This document shows, in pieces, positions 26,469-37,099 of a DNA stretch of 64,000 nucleotides. The notes beneath the pieces were generated by a model that made no database searches, had not been told where the DNA came from, and worked only from the letters and a program-made list of their open reading frames with translations. The stretch is from an uncultured Alphaproteobacteria bacterium (GTDB taxonomy: Bacteria > Pseudomonadota > Alphaproteobacteria > JALCBB01): positions 41,726 to 105,725 of the forward strand of contig OY279575.1 of assembly GCA_958267355.1 (NCBI GenBank), read 5' to 3'. Position numbers and translations under genes: made by a program. How positions within the stretch are numbered: position 1 is the first letter of the stretch; each line of letters opens with the position of its first letter.

Positions 26469-27833
26469 TTGGCTGACTTTGATTTTGACCTTTTTGTCGT
26501 TGGCGGTGGCTCGGGAGGGGTACGGGCAGCACGGCGGGCGGCGAGCTTGGGGGCACGGGTTGCGCTCGCCGAACGCGGAGCTTTGGGCGGCACTTGCGTC
26601 AACATTGGCTGTGTGCCGAAGAAACTGTTTCACCACGCGAGCGCGGTGTCGCATCAAGTGCAGGATGCGCAGGGTTTCGGCTGGACAGACTCCAGTCGCG
26701 GCGTTTTTGATTGGCAGACTTTGCTGGCGAATAAAAACGCTGAAATTGCACGGCTCAATGGAGCCTATGAAACGACTCTTGCTAAGGCGGGGGTAAGGCT
26801 TCTGCGTGGCTCGGCGGCTTTGGCAGGAGCGCAAGAAATTCGCCTGCAGTCTGAAGGTAGCGAGTCGCGTTTTACGGCGGAGCGAATTTTGCTTGCCACA
26901 GGCGTTGTGCCAATGCGTCCGAAGGTACAGGGTGGTGTGCCGCCTGGCTGGGTGTCGGATGATCTGTTTCACCTGCAGGCTTTGCCTGAAAGTCTGGTGA
27001 TTTTCGGTGGCGGCTATATCGCCTGTGAGTTCGCAGGAATTTTTCACGGACTGGGTGTGCAGACGACTCTTATCCATCGTAGCGAGCGGTTAATGCGGGG
27101 CTTTGATTTAGACGCAGTTCAGTTGCTGATTGCCCAGTACGAAAAAAGTGGCTTGCGGGTTCTGCTGGAAAGCCCTGTTGAGTCGGTTGCGCAGGTGGGT
27201 GAGTCTTATGAAACGCGGCTGGCAGGGGGTAGGAAGCTAACCAGTGCGGCTGTGCTATGGGCAACGGGGCGGACTGGCAATACGCAGGGCTTGGGGCTTG
27301 AAGCTGTGGGTGTAGAAACGGGTGCGGAGGGCAAAGTGCTTGTAGATGCTGCCTATCGCACTTCTGTGGCTTCTATTTTTGCTTTGGGTGATTTGGCGTC
27401 TCGCGGGATTGAGCTAACACCTGTGGCGATTGCTGAAGCTGAAGTTTTTGTGCGGCAGGTTTTTGGTTCGGGTGCAGAGCCTTTGGATTATAGCTTGGTG
27501 GCGAGTGCTGCTTTTACCAGTCCGCCTGTTGCTCGGGTGGGTTTGCTGGAAGAAGAAGCAAGGCTTAAGTACGGAGATGAATTGCGGGTTTGGCAGACGC
27601 GGTTTAATCCGTTGCGCTTGGCGTTATCGGAGCGTAGCGAGCCTGTGTTTATGAAGCTTTTGGCTGAGCCCAAGGCGGAGCGAATTGTCGGAGTGCATCT
27701 ATTCGGCGAAGAAGCCCCTGAGTTGATTCAGGTCTTGGCGGCGGCTTTGACGGCGGGAGTCACCAAGGCTGATTTGGACAAGACGATAGCGGTGCATCCG
27801 ACTGTGGCGGAGGAATTGGTGACACTTGGCTAG
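26469..27833 (+). CDS. gor: Glutathione-disulfide reductase
   Basis: FDLFVVGGGSGGVRAARRAA..GGTCVNIGCVPKK redox-active disulfide, with a C-terminal dimerisation domain containing HPT.AEE. Confidence 0.85.
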   Translation: MADFDFDLFVVGGGSGGVRAARRAASLGARVALAERGALGGTCVNIGCVPKKLFHHASAVSHQVQDAQGFGWTDSSRGVFDWQTLLANKNAEIARLNGAYETTLAKAGVRLLRGSAALAGAQEIRLQSEGSESRFTAERILLATGVVPMRPKVQGGVPPGWVSDDLFHLQALPESLVIFGGGYIACEFAGIFHGLGVQTTLIHRSERLMRGFDLDAVQLLIAQYEKSGLRVLLESPVESVAQVGESYETRLAGGRKLTSAAVLWATGRTGNTQGLGLEAVGVETGAEGKVLVDAAYRTSVASIFALGDLASRGIELTPVAIAEAEVFVRQVFGSGAEPLDYSLVASAAFTSPPVARVGLLEEEARLKYGDELRVWQTRFNPLRLALSERSEPVFMKLLAEPKAERIVGVHLFGEEAPELIQVLAAALTAGVTKADLDKTIAVHPTVAEELVTLG

Positions 27834-28036
27834 GGGGATTTGCTTTAGGGCTGGGTTCTTTAACGCGGCTTTAATCATGTCCTTGATGGACAAAAAAATG
27901 TTTTGCTAAAAGGGCAGGAAAAATATATTGCAACAGAAAGAAAAGAAAAATCTAATCGCGTAATTAACTTGCGTTAAGGGCTTGGAGCATAAAGCCAGTT
28001 GAATCGTGTGCTTTTGTTATGTTTTTAATTGCGGCT

Positions 28037-29494
28037 TTAATCGCGCCAGAAGGAAGGGAAAAACAAAACCAAAATCGCGTACAACTCAAGCCTGCCAAGA
28101 ATCATAAAGACCGACAAAACCCACTTGATTGGGTCAGACAGGCTTGCATAGTTCCCCAGCGGGCCAATCAACGGACCATAAGCAGGGCCTATATTGGCAA
28201 TCGCAGAAATCGCTCCTGATATGGCACTGACCGAATCCAAGCCCAGAGTCGCCAAGATCATCGCGCAAACCAAAATGCTTAACATATACAAACCAAACAA
28301 AGCCAAAACCGACAAAAGCAAACTTTCGCTAACGGGCTTTCCGTCATAGCGCACCAGATGCACTGCCTGTGGCTCATACAAGCGGTGAAACTGCGTACGC
28401 AAAGCAGACAGCAAGAGACGAATACGAAACACCTTCAAACCCGAACAAGTGGAGCCACTGCATCCGCCTGTAATCATCAAAAAGGCAAGCAATAGCATTG
28501 GCAATGCACCCCAAGTGTCATAGGCGGCTGTGGTATAGCCCGTGCCTGTCATCATAGAAACCGTATTGAACGCAACGGGACGAATTGCCTGACCGAGTGA
28601 TAGCCCTGCATCGTAAATCCGCCAGGCTATCAAAAGTGCAACTGAGATGAACAGGGTCATAAACATCCAGCGGATTTGCCCGTCTTTGGTTAAAGCGCCC
28701 ATTCCTGTACCCGTAAGCGCGCGCAAAAACTGAATAAACGGACAAGCCCCCGCCAACATCAAAAGAATTAACACCAACTCAATGGCTCCCGACTCAAAAT
28801 GCGCTACCGAACGATCGTAGTTAGAAAATCCGCCTGTCGCCACCGAAGTCATCGCATGGACAATCGCATCCAGCGGGCGCAAACCCAGCAAAGCCAAAAG
28901 CACTCCGCCGACAATGGTAATCGCGACATAGACTCCGACAATCCGCGCACCCAAGTTCAGCGTGCCAAGCCTGCCCGTTTCGTCCAGACTTTCACTCGGA
29001 CGCACCGACTGCATGCCACCCACCCGCAGTTCAGGCAAAACAAAAACCGCCACCACGACAAGCCCGACTCCGCCAAGCCACTGCAGCATTCCACGCCATA
29101 GCAAAAGTCCGGGCGATAGATCTTCCAAGCCCGTCAGGACAGTCGCGCCCGTTGTCGTAATACCCGAAGCCGACTCAAAAAACGCATCCGAAAACGATAA
29201 AGCCGTATCAGAAAACAAAAAAGGCAAAGCTCCAAAAAGCGAAATCGCCAGCCACGAGCTGGTCACCATAATCAACGATTGGCGGGGCGATAAAACGCTC
29301 CGTGCCTCGCGCGTTGTCAGAATCAGAGATATCGCAATAAACAGAGTCGCCGCCGCCGCACTAGCAAAAACCTTCCAGTTCGGATCATGCGCCAGCGCAT
29401 CAGCAAGCGCAGGAATACCCATCGCCGTCGCCAAAATCGCCAGCAACACGCCCACGCTAAACAACACAGGACGAAAATTCACATAGCGCACCAT
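28037..29494 (-). CDS. trkH: Potassium uptake protein TrkH
   Basis: 485-aa polytopic protein with repeated TrkH selectivity-loop motifs (TTTGAT, ATGGFS, MTGTGY, GGCSGST). Confidence 0.85.
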   Translation of the reverse strand: MVRYVNFRPVLFSVGVLLAILATAMGIPALADALAHDPNWKVFASAAAATLFIAISLILTTREARSVLSPRQSLIMVTSSWLAISLFGALPFLFSDTALSFSDAFFESASGITTTGATVLTGLEDLSPGLLLWRGMLQWLGGVGLVVVAVFVLPELRVGGMQSVRPSESLDETGRLGTLNLGARIVGVYVAITIVGGVLLALLGLRPLDAIVHAMTSVATGGFSNYDRSVAHFESGAIELVLILLMLAGACPFIQFLRALTGTGMGALTKDGQIRWMFMTLFISVALLIAWRIYDAGLSLGQAIRPVAFNTVSMMTGTGYTTAAYDTWGALPMLLLAFLMITGGCSGSTCSGLKVFRIRLLLSALRTQFHRLYEPQAVHLVRYDGKPVSESLLLSVLALFGLYMLSILVCAMILATLGLDSVSAISGAISAIANIGPAYGPLIGPLGNYASLSDPIKWVLSVFMILGRLELYAILVLFFPSFWRD

Positions 29495-29537
29495 ACAAAT
29501 TGCTCTACCATCTATGCCGCAAGACGCCAGAAAACCA

Positions 29538-30557
29538 TCAAGAAAATAACAAAGCCGACAGGGCTTGGCGATACTGCTGGGTCAGCGGATCTTTCTCTCC
29601 CCAAGCTTCAAAATACTTAACCAACAGCTTGCGCGGCTCTTGGTCATTCCAGTTGCGATTGCGCTCTATGATTTCAAGCAGAGTTTTTGCCGCTTCTTCA
29701 CGCTCGTCAGCCGCGTGAAGCTCCCGCGCAAGTGCCAAGCGGGCTTCTAGGTCATCGTCGTTGGCGGCGATACGCTTACGCATATCGGCGATTAACTCGT
29801 GGTCAACATAAGTCGCGGCTTCAGCCAGCTCTAAACGCGTATGCAGTGCTTTCAAGGTCTCACCATCGCGCAACTTCTCAGGCAAGGAATCTAAAAACTT
29901 ACGTGCCGCTTCTGTCTGCTTCGCGTCTAGCAAGCTGTTTAAATGCTCGCGCACCGCTTCGTCAGCCCGTGCCGACTCTCTATCTTCTTGCCAAGCCGAC
30001 AGGAAAAGCTCTGCCGCTGTTTCGTGCTGGGTATCTTCACGCGCCGCGTAGCCTTCGTTCATCAAGATTTCAATCGGATCGCCTTCGTCGGCGGTGGCTC
30101 CACTGCCACGGATGAGCCGCTCAACAAACTGCTTAATCTGACTTTCAGGCAATGCACCCTGAAACGCATCTACGGGCTGTCCTTGATAGAACGCATAGAC
30201 TGTCGGCACAGACTGCACCCGCAACTGCTGGGCAAGTTCTTGGTTCTGGTCTATGTCAATTTTCACCAAGCGGATTGCACCCCGATGGGCATTAACCACC
30301 GACTCCAAAATCGGCGTGAGCTGCTTGCACGGCTCGCACCACGGAGCCCAAAAATCAACCAAAACTGGATGTTGACGCGATGCTTCCATAACATCTGCCA
30401 TAAAAGTCGCAGTTGAACCCTCGCGGATCCAATCGCTCTTGCCGCCACCATTCGCGCCACCAGCACCGCCAGCACCACCCGTGCCGCCACCAGCACCACC
30501 TGTGCCATTTGCTCCGCCGCTTGCCGCAGGAGCCCCGCTTTCGTCCAAGATTGCCAT
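29538..30557 (-). CDS. Thioredoxin-domain protein with C-terminal TPR-like domain (YbbN/CnoX-like) and a Gly-rich N-terminal tract
   Basis: VLVDFWAPWCEPCKQL thioredoxin motif. N-terminal GGANGTGGAGGGTGGAGGAGGANGGG. Confidence 0.8.
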   Translation of the reverse strand: MAILDESGAPAASGGANGTGGAGGGTGGAGGAGGANGGGKSDWIREGSTATFMADVMEASRQHPVLVDFWAPWCEPCKQLTPILESVVNAHRGAIRLVKIDIDQNQELAQQLRVQSVPTVYAFYQGQPVDAFQGALPESQIKQFVERLIRGSGATADEGDPIEILMNEGYAAREDTQHETAAELFLSAWQEDRESARADEAVREHLNSLLDAKQTEAARKFLDSLPEKLRDGETLKALHTRLELAEAATYVDHELIADMRKRIAANDDDLEARLALARELHAADEREEAAKTLLEIIERNRNWNDQEPRKLLVKYFEAWGEKDPLTQQYRQALSALLFS

Positions 30558-30575
30558 TGTGTTTTGTCCTTCTAT

Positions 30576-33500
30576 TTAGGCGGCGGTTTCCTTCGCCACT
30601 TCTTCCAACGCGGATTCTATCGCTTCTAAGGCAGGTTTTGCTCCTGCCGTGTTAGGCCCGCCCCCTTGGGCGAAATCATCGCGCCCGCCACCGCCTGTGC
30701 CGCCAAGGGCTTCACTCCCCCGCCGCACCAAGTCAATCGCCGAGATACGCGGAGTTAAGTCTTTGGTGACACTGACCACCAGCGAAGCCCTGCCTTCATT
30801 CACCGACACAATTGCCGCCACCCCTGACCCCAAATCCCCCTTAATCTTATCCGCCATCGGCCGCAACTCCTTCGCAGGAATATCCTTAACTTCTTTGGCT
30901 ATAAGATGAAAATCACCAATTGCCTTGCCCTTTGCATCTTTTTCTGCACATGCATGGTTTAATTCAGAAAGGAATTGTTTACGAAATTCGTCACTAGGAT
31001 TCATTGAAATTGCTTTTGCAAAATCTGAAATAGCAAGATCATACTCACCTTTTTTTCGATAGACTCCACCGCGCAAAGAGTAAGCGTGCGGCTCTTCACT
31101 ATTTATAGCGATAGCCTTGTTAAAATCTTCAATAGCACGATCATATTTACCTTCCACTGAATACATAGCCCCGCGATATATATAAGGCAACAGATGGGTG
31201 TCGTTTAATGAAATTACCATACCAAAGTCCTTAATAGCGTGTTCAAAATCTCTCTTTTGCATATAGGAATTACCACGAGCAAAATAAAACGAAAGTTCTT
31301 CTCCTTTTAAGGAAATTGCCTTATCAAAATCTTCAATGGCACGATCGTGTTTGTCCTTTTCTTGATACAAAGAGCCCCTATCAAAGTAAAATTGTGGATT
31401 ATCGCTTTCCAGTGAAATTGCTTTACTATAATCTGCAATAGCAGAATCATATTCGCCTTTTTCGTAATATGCCTGCCCCCGCTCATAGTACGTTCCAGAC
31501 CCCTTATCGCCAAGCTGAATCGCCTTATTATAATTTGCTATGGCTTCATCTATCTCCCCCTGCTCTTTATAAATCGCACCCCGTTTGGAATACAGATGGG
31601 GATTTTCTGCATCCAATGAAATTGCTCTGTCCAGATACGGAATAGCATATTCAGGAAAGCCCCAATCAATTTGATCATCCGCTACGCTACTAACTTCCGC
31701 AACCAAGTCGCGACGGGCTTTTTCCAAGTCACGTTTTAGAGCCTTGTTTTCTTCGGTTAGAGCCATAGCACGAGCAGTTATTTCTTCACGCGAAGTAGTG
31801 AATATATCTGCAACTTCGGTAACGCGACTTTCCTGTTCGCGTAAGTAGTATATGGCGGCTTGGTCAGCCACAGCGGTGATGCGGCGGATACCTGCCGCGA
31901 GTGACTCTTCTTTGATGATGTGCATAAGGCCTATATCGCCCGTGCGGCGGACATGGGTACCGCCACAAAGTTCGGTTGAGAAATAGCCCGCAGGTTTTGC
32001 CCTGTCTGTGTTACCCATTGAGACGACTCGCACTTCGTCTCCGTATTTTTCGCCGAACAGGGCTAGTGCGCCCGCGCGTTCTACGGCTTCTTCGGGTTGC
32101 ATCAGACGAGTCTGCACTTCGCGATTGGCACGGATATTCGCATTCACTTCGTCTTCTATGGCTTCCAACTGCTCTTTGCCAACAGGCTTCGGATGTGAAA
32201 AGTCAAAGCGCAATCTATCTTCGGCGACAAGTGAGCCCTGCTGGGTTACATGGTCTCCCAAGACGCGGCGTAAAGCTTCGTGGAGCAAATGTGTCGCCGA
32301 GTGGTGACTCCGCAAACGCGCCCGCCGCTCGCCGTTAACCTGCATTTCTAAAGTATCACCTTCACGCAAACTGCCCGATACGATTTCGGCTTTGTGTAGG
32401 TGCAAACCCGCTCCGCGTTTTTGCGTGTCGGTGATTGTCAGGGTTAAGTCTGAACCCATCGCCGTGCCTTTGGCTGTGCCTGTATCGCCTTCTTGTCCGC
32501 CCGACTCGGCGTAAAACGGAGTCTGATTACACAAAAACTCGCACGACTCTCCCGCCTTGGCTTGGTCTAGCGGCTCGCCATCGCGCAGAAGCTTTGTCAC
32601 CACCGACTCCGCCCGCTCAGTTTCGTAGCCCAAAAACTCGCTTGCCCCCAACTGCTCAGAAAGCTCTAGCCAAATCGCCGAAGTGGCTTCTTCTCCCGAG
32701 CCACCCCAAGCGGCTCGCCCTGCCGCACGCTGGGCTTCCATTGCCGCGTCAAAGCCCGCCGTATCAACTGTTCGGTTTTGTCCGCGTAGAATATCTTGCG
32801 TCAGGTCAAGCGGAAAACCATAGGTGTCATACAAGCGAAACGCCGCTTCACCCGACAGCAACTCACCTTCACCCAACTTGTCGGTTTCACCTTCCAGCAC
32901 CTTCAAGCCACGAGCCAGCGTTTCACCAAAACGCGACTCTTCGTTTTGTAAAGTGTCAGTAATCAGTGCTTCCGCTCGCCCCAGCTCGCCGTACGCTTCA
33001 CCCATTTCGGCAATCAAAGTCGGCACCAAGCGGTAAAGCAACGGCTCTTCAGTACCCAACAGGCGGATATGCCGCATCGCCCGCCGCAAAATACGCCGCA
33101 GCACATAACCCCTTCCCTCGTTGGAAGGCAAGACTCCTTCGGCAATCAAGAACGCCGAAGCCCGCAGGTGGTCAGAAATAACGCGGTGCGAAACCCCGCC
33201 ATTGTCGGTGGCAGTGGTTTCAACACCGCTCAAGTCCGCTACCTTGTTGATGAGCGGCGTGAAAAGATCAGAGTCAAAGTTATCGTGACTGCCCTGCAAA
33301 AGTGCCGAAATACGCTCTAAGCCAATGCCCGTGTCAATGCAAGGCTTGGGTAAGGGATTTTGTCCGCTCGCGTCGCGTTCGTACTGCATGAAGACAAGAT
33401 TCCAAATCTCAACAAATCTGTCTCCGCCTTCATCGGAAGCCCCGGGTGGTCCGCCTGTGAATTCGGCTCCGTAATCGTAGAAGATTTCAGCGCACGGACC

Positions 33501-34019
33501 ACACGGGCCCGTATCTCCCATCGCCCAGAAGTTGTCGTCGGTGGCAATGCGGATAATCTTAGAGTCAGCAAAGCCCGTGACTTTTTTCCAGATCTTAAAG
33601 GCTTCATCATCGTCAGCATAGACCGACACCAAAAGCCGCTCGGAATCTACGCCCCACTCCTTAGTGATTAAATCCCACGCCAGCGGAATTGCCAGCTCCT
33701 TGAAGTAATCGCCAAACGAGAAGTTACCCATCATCTCAAAAAAAGTATGATGGCGCGTGGTGTAACCCACATTTTCTAAGTCGTTGTGCTTGCCGCCAGC
33801 CCGCAGACACTTCTGCACAGTGACCGCCCGCGGATGCGGCGGCTTTTCCAGCCCCGTGAAGATGTTTTTGAACTGCACCATCCCCGCCGAGGTGAAAAGC
33901 AGAGACGGATCATTACGCGGCACCAAAGACGACGAGGGCAAAACCGCGTGGTCGTGGCGGGCGAAGTAGTCCGTGAAATGACGGCGGATTTCTTTAGCCG
34001 TGGCGTGGGTGGCAGTCAT
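30576..34019 (-). CDS. alaS: Alanine--tRNA ligase carrying an internal array of ~7 TPR units
   Basis: Likely start is ATG at 34019 ([19 protein letters not shown]); the track ORF starts at 34076. Catalytic, editing (HSATHLLH) and C-Ala ([13 protein letters not shown]) domains are present. The TPR block maps to about 30930-31690. Confidence 0.9.
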   Translation of the reverse strand: MTATHATAKEIRRHFTDYFARHDHAVLPSSSLVPRNDPSLLFTSAGMVQFKNIFTGLEKPPHPRAVTVQKCLRAGGKHNDLENVGYTTRHHTFFEMMGNFSFGDYFKELAIPLAWDLITKEWGVDSERLLVSVYADDDEAFKIWKKVTGFADSKIIRIATDDNFWAMGDTGPCGPCAEIFYDYGAEFTGGPPGASDEGGDRFVEIWNLVFMQYERDASGQNPLPKPCIDTGIGLERISALLQGSHDNFDSDLFTPLINKVADLSGVETTATDNGGVSHRVISDHLRASAFLIAEGVLPSNEGRGYVLRRILRRAMRHIRLLGTEEPLLYRLVPTLIAEMGEAYGELGRAEALITDTLQNEESRFGETLARGLKVLEGETDKLGEGELLSGEAAFRLYDTYGFPLDLTQDILRGQNRTVDTAGFDAAMEAQRAAGRAAWGGSGEEATSAIWLELSEQLGASEFLGYETERAESVVTKLLRDGEPLDQAKAGESCEFLCNQTPFYAESGGQEGDTGTAKGTAMGSDLTLTITDTQKRGAGLHLHKAEIVSGSLREGDTLEMQVNGERRARLRSHHSATHLLHEALRRVLGDHVTQQGSLVAEDRLRFDFSHPKPVGKEQLEAIEDEVNANIRANREVQTRLMQPEEAVERAGALALFGEKYGDEVRVVSMGNTDRAKPAGYFSTELCGGTHVRRTGDIGLMHIIKEESLAAGIRRITAVADQAAIYYLREQESRVTEVADIFTTSREEITARAMALTEENKALKRDLEKARRDLVAEVSSVADDQIDWGFPEYAIPYLDRAISLDAENPHLYSKRGAIYKEQGEIDEAIANYNKAIQLGDKGSGTYYERGQAYYEKGEYDSAIADYSKAISLESDNPQFYFDRGSLYQEKDKHDRAIEDFDKAISLKGEELSFYFARGNSYMQKRDFEHAIKDFGMVISLNDTHLLPYIYRGAMYSVEGKYDRAIEDFNKAIAINSEEPHAYSLRGGVYRKKGEYDLAISDFAKAISMNPSDEFRKQFLSELNHACAEKDAKGKAIGDFHLIAKEVKDIPAKELRPMADKIKGDLGSGVAAIVSVNEGRASLVVSVTKDLTPRISAIDLVRRGSEALGGTGGGGRDDFAQGGGPNTAGAKPALEAIESALEEVAKETAA

Positions 34020-34169
34020 AGCGGAAGCAGGGTGATTCTGCGGCTTGGCGACAGGAGCAAAACCTTGCAGAATCATACAGACAAACCTGCCCGCCGACTA
34101 GCCCCGCCTGAGTCTGTGGGCTTTGCCTATCCTTGGCTATCCTTGGCGAGTCTTGCTGTTTAAGTAGCC

Positions 34170-34203
34170 AGCGGGCTGACTCGGGGGGAGGAGTCAGCCC
34201 GCT
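34170..34203 (-). terminator. Perfect 13-bp stem-loop between recA and alaS (no T-run); possible attenuator or processing site
   Basis: agcgggctgactc-ggggggag-gagtcagcccgct. Confidence 0.35.
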
Positions 34204-34260
34204 CGCATCTTGTGGCTTGGCACTGCTGAGAAGTGCCAAGGCGGTAGGGTGTGCGGGTGC

Positions 34261-35556
34261 TTAGCCCTTTGCTTTCGGAGCTGACTTTGCCGCTCCGTTT
34301 TTTGTGCCTGTGCCTGTGTCTGTTCCTGTGCCTGTGTCGGCTGTGTTTGCTGTGTCTGCTCCCCCTGCTCCCCCTGCTTCGGCAGGAGCTTCAGCAACGG
34401 CAATGGGCGTATCTGCGGCTCCGACTGGAGCTTCATCTTCCTTTGCCCCTGTGCTGGCAAGATCGCCGAGCATAGCTTCTTCTAGGGCTCGGGCGTGGGC
34501 ACGGATTTCTTGCTCTAACCGTTGCGCCGCCTGTTGGTTCTGCGCCAAGAACTGGCGGGCGTTTTCGCGCCCTTGTCCGAGTCGTTCGCCTTTGTATGAA
34601 AGCCACGCGCCTGATTTTTCTACCAGCCCTGCGGCGATACCAAGGTCAAGCAGCTCGCCAAGCTTGGAGACTCCCCTGCCGAACATAATATCAAACTCCA
34701 CAGTGCGGAACGGCGGAGCCAGCTTGTTCTTCACCACCTTGACCCGCGTGCGATTGCCGATGAATTCGTCTTTCTCCTTAATGGAGCCAATACGGCGAAT
34801 ATCCAACCGCACCGAAGAGTAAAACTTCAAAGCGTTGCCGCCGCTAGTCGTCTCAGGACTACCAAACATCACGCCGATTTTCATACGAATCTGGTTGATA
34901 AAGATAACCAAACAGTTAGACCGCGAAATCGTAGAAGTAAGCTTACGCAAAGCCTGACTCATCAGACGGGCTTGCGAGCCAGGCAACTGGTCTCCCATTT
35001 CGCCTTCTAGCTCACTCTTAGGCACCAGAGCCGCCACCGAATCGACAACCAGCACATCAATGGCTCCACTGCGCACCAGCGTGTCAGCGATTTCTAGGGC
35101 TTGCTCTCCTGCGTCTGGCTGGGAGACCAACAAGTCCTTCAAATTCACGCCCAACCGCCCCGCATAGATCGGGTCAAGCGCATGCTCGGCATCTACGAAG
35201 GCACAGGCTCCGCCTGCCGCCTGAGCCGCCGCCACAACATGGAGAGCCAAAGTCGTCTTACCCGAAGACTCAGGACCAAAAATCTCCACCACCCTGCCGC
35301 GTGGCAAGCCGCCGACGCCCAACGCCAAGTCAAGTCCAATAGACCCCGTAGGAATCGACTCAATCTGCACCGCCTGACGCTCGCCAAGCCGCATAATTGA
35401 CCCCTTACCAAACGAACGCTCAATCTGCTGTAAGGCAGCATCTAACGCCTTACCCTTCTCGCGGTCGTTGTCCTGCTTGCCATCAGGATTATCGCTATTA
35501 CGCACTGAAGCCTTCACTGCCTTGCCTCCGACTACTTTTAGAGCTGGACTTGCCAT
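34261..35556 (-). CDS. recA: Recombinase RecA with N-terminal extension and a low-complexity C-terminal tail
   Basis: [12 protein letters not shown] Walker A and full RecA core. Tail reads ...[34 protein letters not shown]. Confidence 0.95.
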   Translation of the reverse strand: MASPALKVVGGKAVKASVRNSDNPDGKQDNDREKGKALDAALQQIERSFGKGSIMRLGERQAVQIESIPTGSIGLDLALGVGGLPRGRVVEIFGPESSGKTTLALHVVAAAQAAGGACAFVDAEHALDPIYAGRLGVNLKDLLVSQPDAGEQALEIADTLVRSGAIDVLVVDSVAALVPKSELEGEMGDQLPGSQARLMSQALRKLTSTISRSNCLVIFINQIRMKIGVMFGSPETTSGGNALKFYSSVRLDIRRIGSIKEKDEFIGNRTRVKVVKNKLAPPFRTVEFDIMFGRGVSKLGELLDLGIAAGLVEKSGAWLSYKGERLGQGRENARQFLAQNQQAAQRLEQEIRAHARALEEAMLGDLASTGAKEDEAPVGAADTPIAVAEAPAEAGGAGGADTANTADTGTGTDTGTGTKNGAAKSAPKAKG

Positions 35557-35759
35557 GGTATCTCTCCTTATAGAGCGGGAATTGCCCGCTGACTGCCAAA
35601 AACCGCCGAAAGCTCTGGAAAATGCGAAAATATCCCCCCAGCGGCGTTATATACTACTTATGTTCTCTTTTTGCTCTCTTGTCAAGAACATTTAGCAAAC
35701 TTATTTTTAACGCTATAACCCTTTGAATTAAAGCCCATTCCCCCCGAATCCCCACCACT

Positions 35760-36000
35760 TTTCCACAAGACAGGCAGAACACCCCCTACAGGACAAGCCC
35801 TGCGGGGCAAGCCGCGTATCCCCCGTCTTCGTCTCAAAAATGGGCAGTGGCTCAATTAGCCCCCCCCATTGAAATTATGGGGCGTGGCGGTTTGGCTCAA
35901 TTAGCCCTTCATTGAAACTATGGGGCGTGGCGGTTGGAGGAAGTAATAACGCTTGGCACGAATGCCGCACCGCAAGGTGCCCGCAAGGCGGACGCAAGGT
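35760..36000. repeat. GC-hairpin module tract, inverted relative of parts of 11400-11860, with an internal 44-bp tandem duplication
   Basis: 35893-35975 is the reverse complement of 11455-11537 (ggctcaattag...ggggcgtggcggttggaggaag...cacgaatgccgcaccgcaaggtgcccgc). ggctcaattagcc..attgaaaYtatggggcgtggcggtt occurs twice in tandem. Confidence 0.8.
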
Positions 36001-36001
36001 G

Positions 36002-36931
36002 CTAGGGGGCTTGGGATTTGGGTTTTGGGGGGTAGAGTTTTGGGTTAGGGATATTACCTCCGTCTACATAGATGGAGCTTGGTTCTTTCTTAGGCTTGTC
36101 GGGTTTCTTTTCGTAGGGGTTGCTCCAATCCATGCCGGCGTAGCGGTCTTCGGCTTCTACACGCAGCGCAATCTTCTTCTCGTGTGAAGAACTATTATCT
36201 ATCAAACGGCGGGTAGAACGGTAGTCTTCGGTCTCGCTGTACTCTTTGATATGTTCGTCAGGGGATAGATACGCCTGAGCTCGGTCGATTAGCTCTGCCA
36301 TAGTCGCGTCATCAACGATTTTCTTTCCCGCTACAACTTGTTCTACCAGCTCGCAGAACTGGGTCAGCTCGCGGATCATCTCGGTGCGGCGTATCGCTTC
36401 TTCTCGCCGCAGGTTTCGGCGGGGGGCTATGGTTTGTTTTTTATCAAAGGTTTCAGGCTCTACGAGCTTTCCGCGGGTGCGCATATTCTCTAAGGCTTCA
36501 GTTAGCCTGTTCATCGTCTCGGTCGTAATCTCTTGGTGGTGTTTGCGCTCTTGGTCGGTTAAACCTTCAGGCATAGGATTGAGCCGCAATAACTCTAGGT
36601 TAAACATTATGAGCTGGCGTTCATCGCGTCTTCGTTGGGCGTTAAAAGCCCTGCCTAAAGCCCGTTCCTTGGCGTTGGTTTCGTCTTCTTCCTGTATGGA
36701 GCGTTGGAGGGAAAGCAGGGCTTTAACCTCGTCTTCTAGCTTGTCGTTGAGCTGGGGCAGGAGTTGGGCAAGGTTAGCCCTGCGGACTTCAGCACTTTTG
36801 TCCGCCTGCCCTGCGTAGTGGTTGGCTAGGGATTCCGTCAGCAGTTCGGGGTCAAGGGCGGATAGGTATTGGCGCACTTCCTGCAGCTTGGCGGCTGTCG
36901 TTGGCTGGTCGGCTGGGCGAGTGCTGTGCAT
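36002..36931 (-). CDS. Hypothetical charged/coiled-coil protein
   Basis: 309-aa ORF with no recognisable motif. A C-run leader (ccccaaacccccaacc) lies just upstream of the ATG on the coding strand. Confidence 0.5.
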   Translation of the reverse strand: MHSTRPADQPTTAAKLQEVRQYLSALDPELLTESLANHYAGQADKSAEVRRANLAQLLPQLNDKLEDEVKALLSLQRSIQEEDETNAKERALGRAFNAQRRRDERQLIMFNLELLRLNPMPEGLTDQERKHHQEITTETMNRLTEALENMRTRGKLVEPETFDKKQTIAPRRNLRREEAIRRTEMIRELTQFCELVEQVVAGKKIVDDATMAELIDRAQAYLSPDEHIKEYSETEDYRSTRRLIDNSSSHEKKIALRVEAEDRYAGMDWSNPYEKKPDKPKKEPSSIYVDGGNIPNPKLYPPKPKSQAP

Positions 36932-37099
36932 GGGGTAATCCTTCGGTTGGGGGTTTGGGGGCTAATAGAGTTGCGAAATCTCCTATATAGGAAATGAGCC
37001 ATTTTCAGGCAGATTCAAATTTTTTACGGATTTTTGGGGCAAAAAAAGAGATAAATCGGGCGCAAATCTAGACTCACAGCCAAAAAATAAATTTAAAAA

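Noticed and set aside
34020-34076. 19-codon N-terminal extension of alaS ([19 protein letters not shown])
   Set aside because: Conserved AlaRS sequence begins right after the internal ATG at 34019, so the extension is probably untranslated leader. Uncertain, so both starts are reported.
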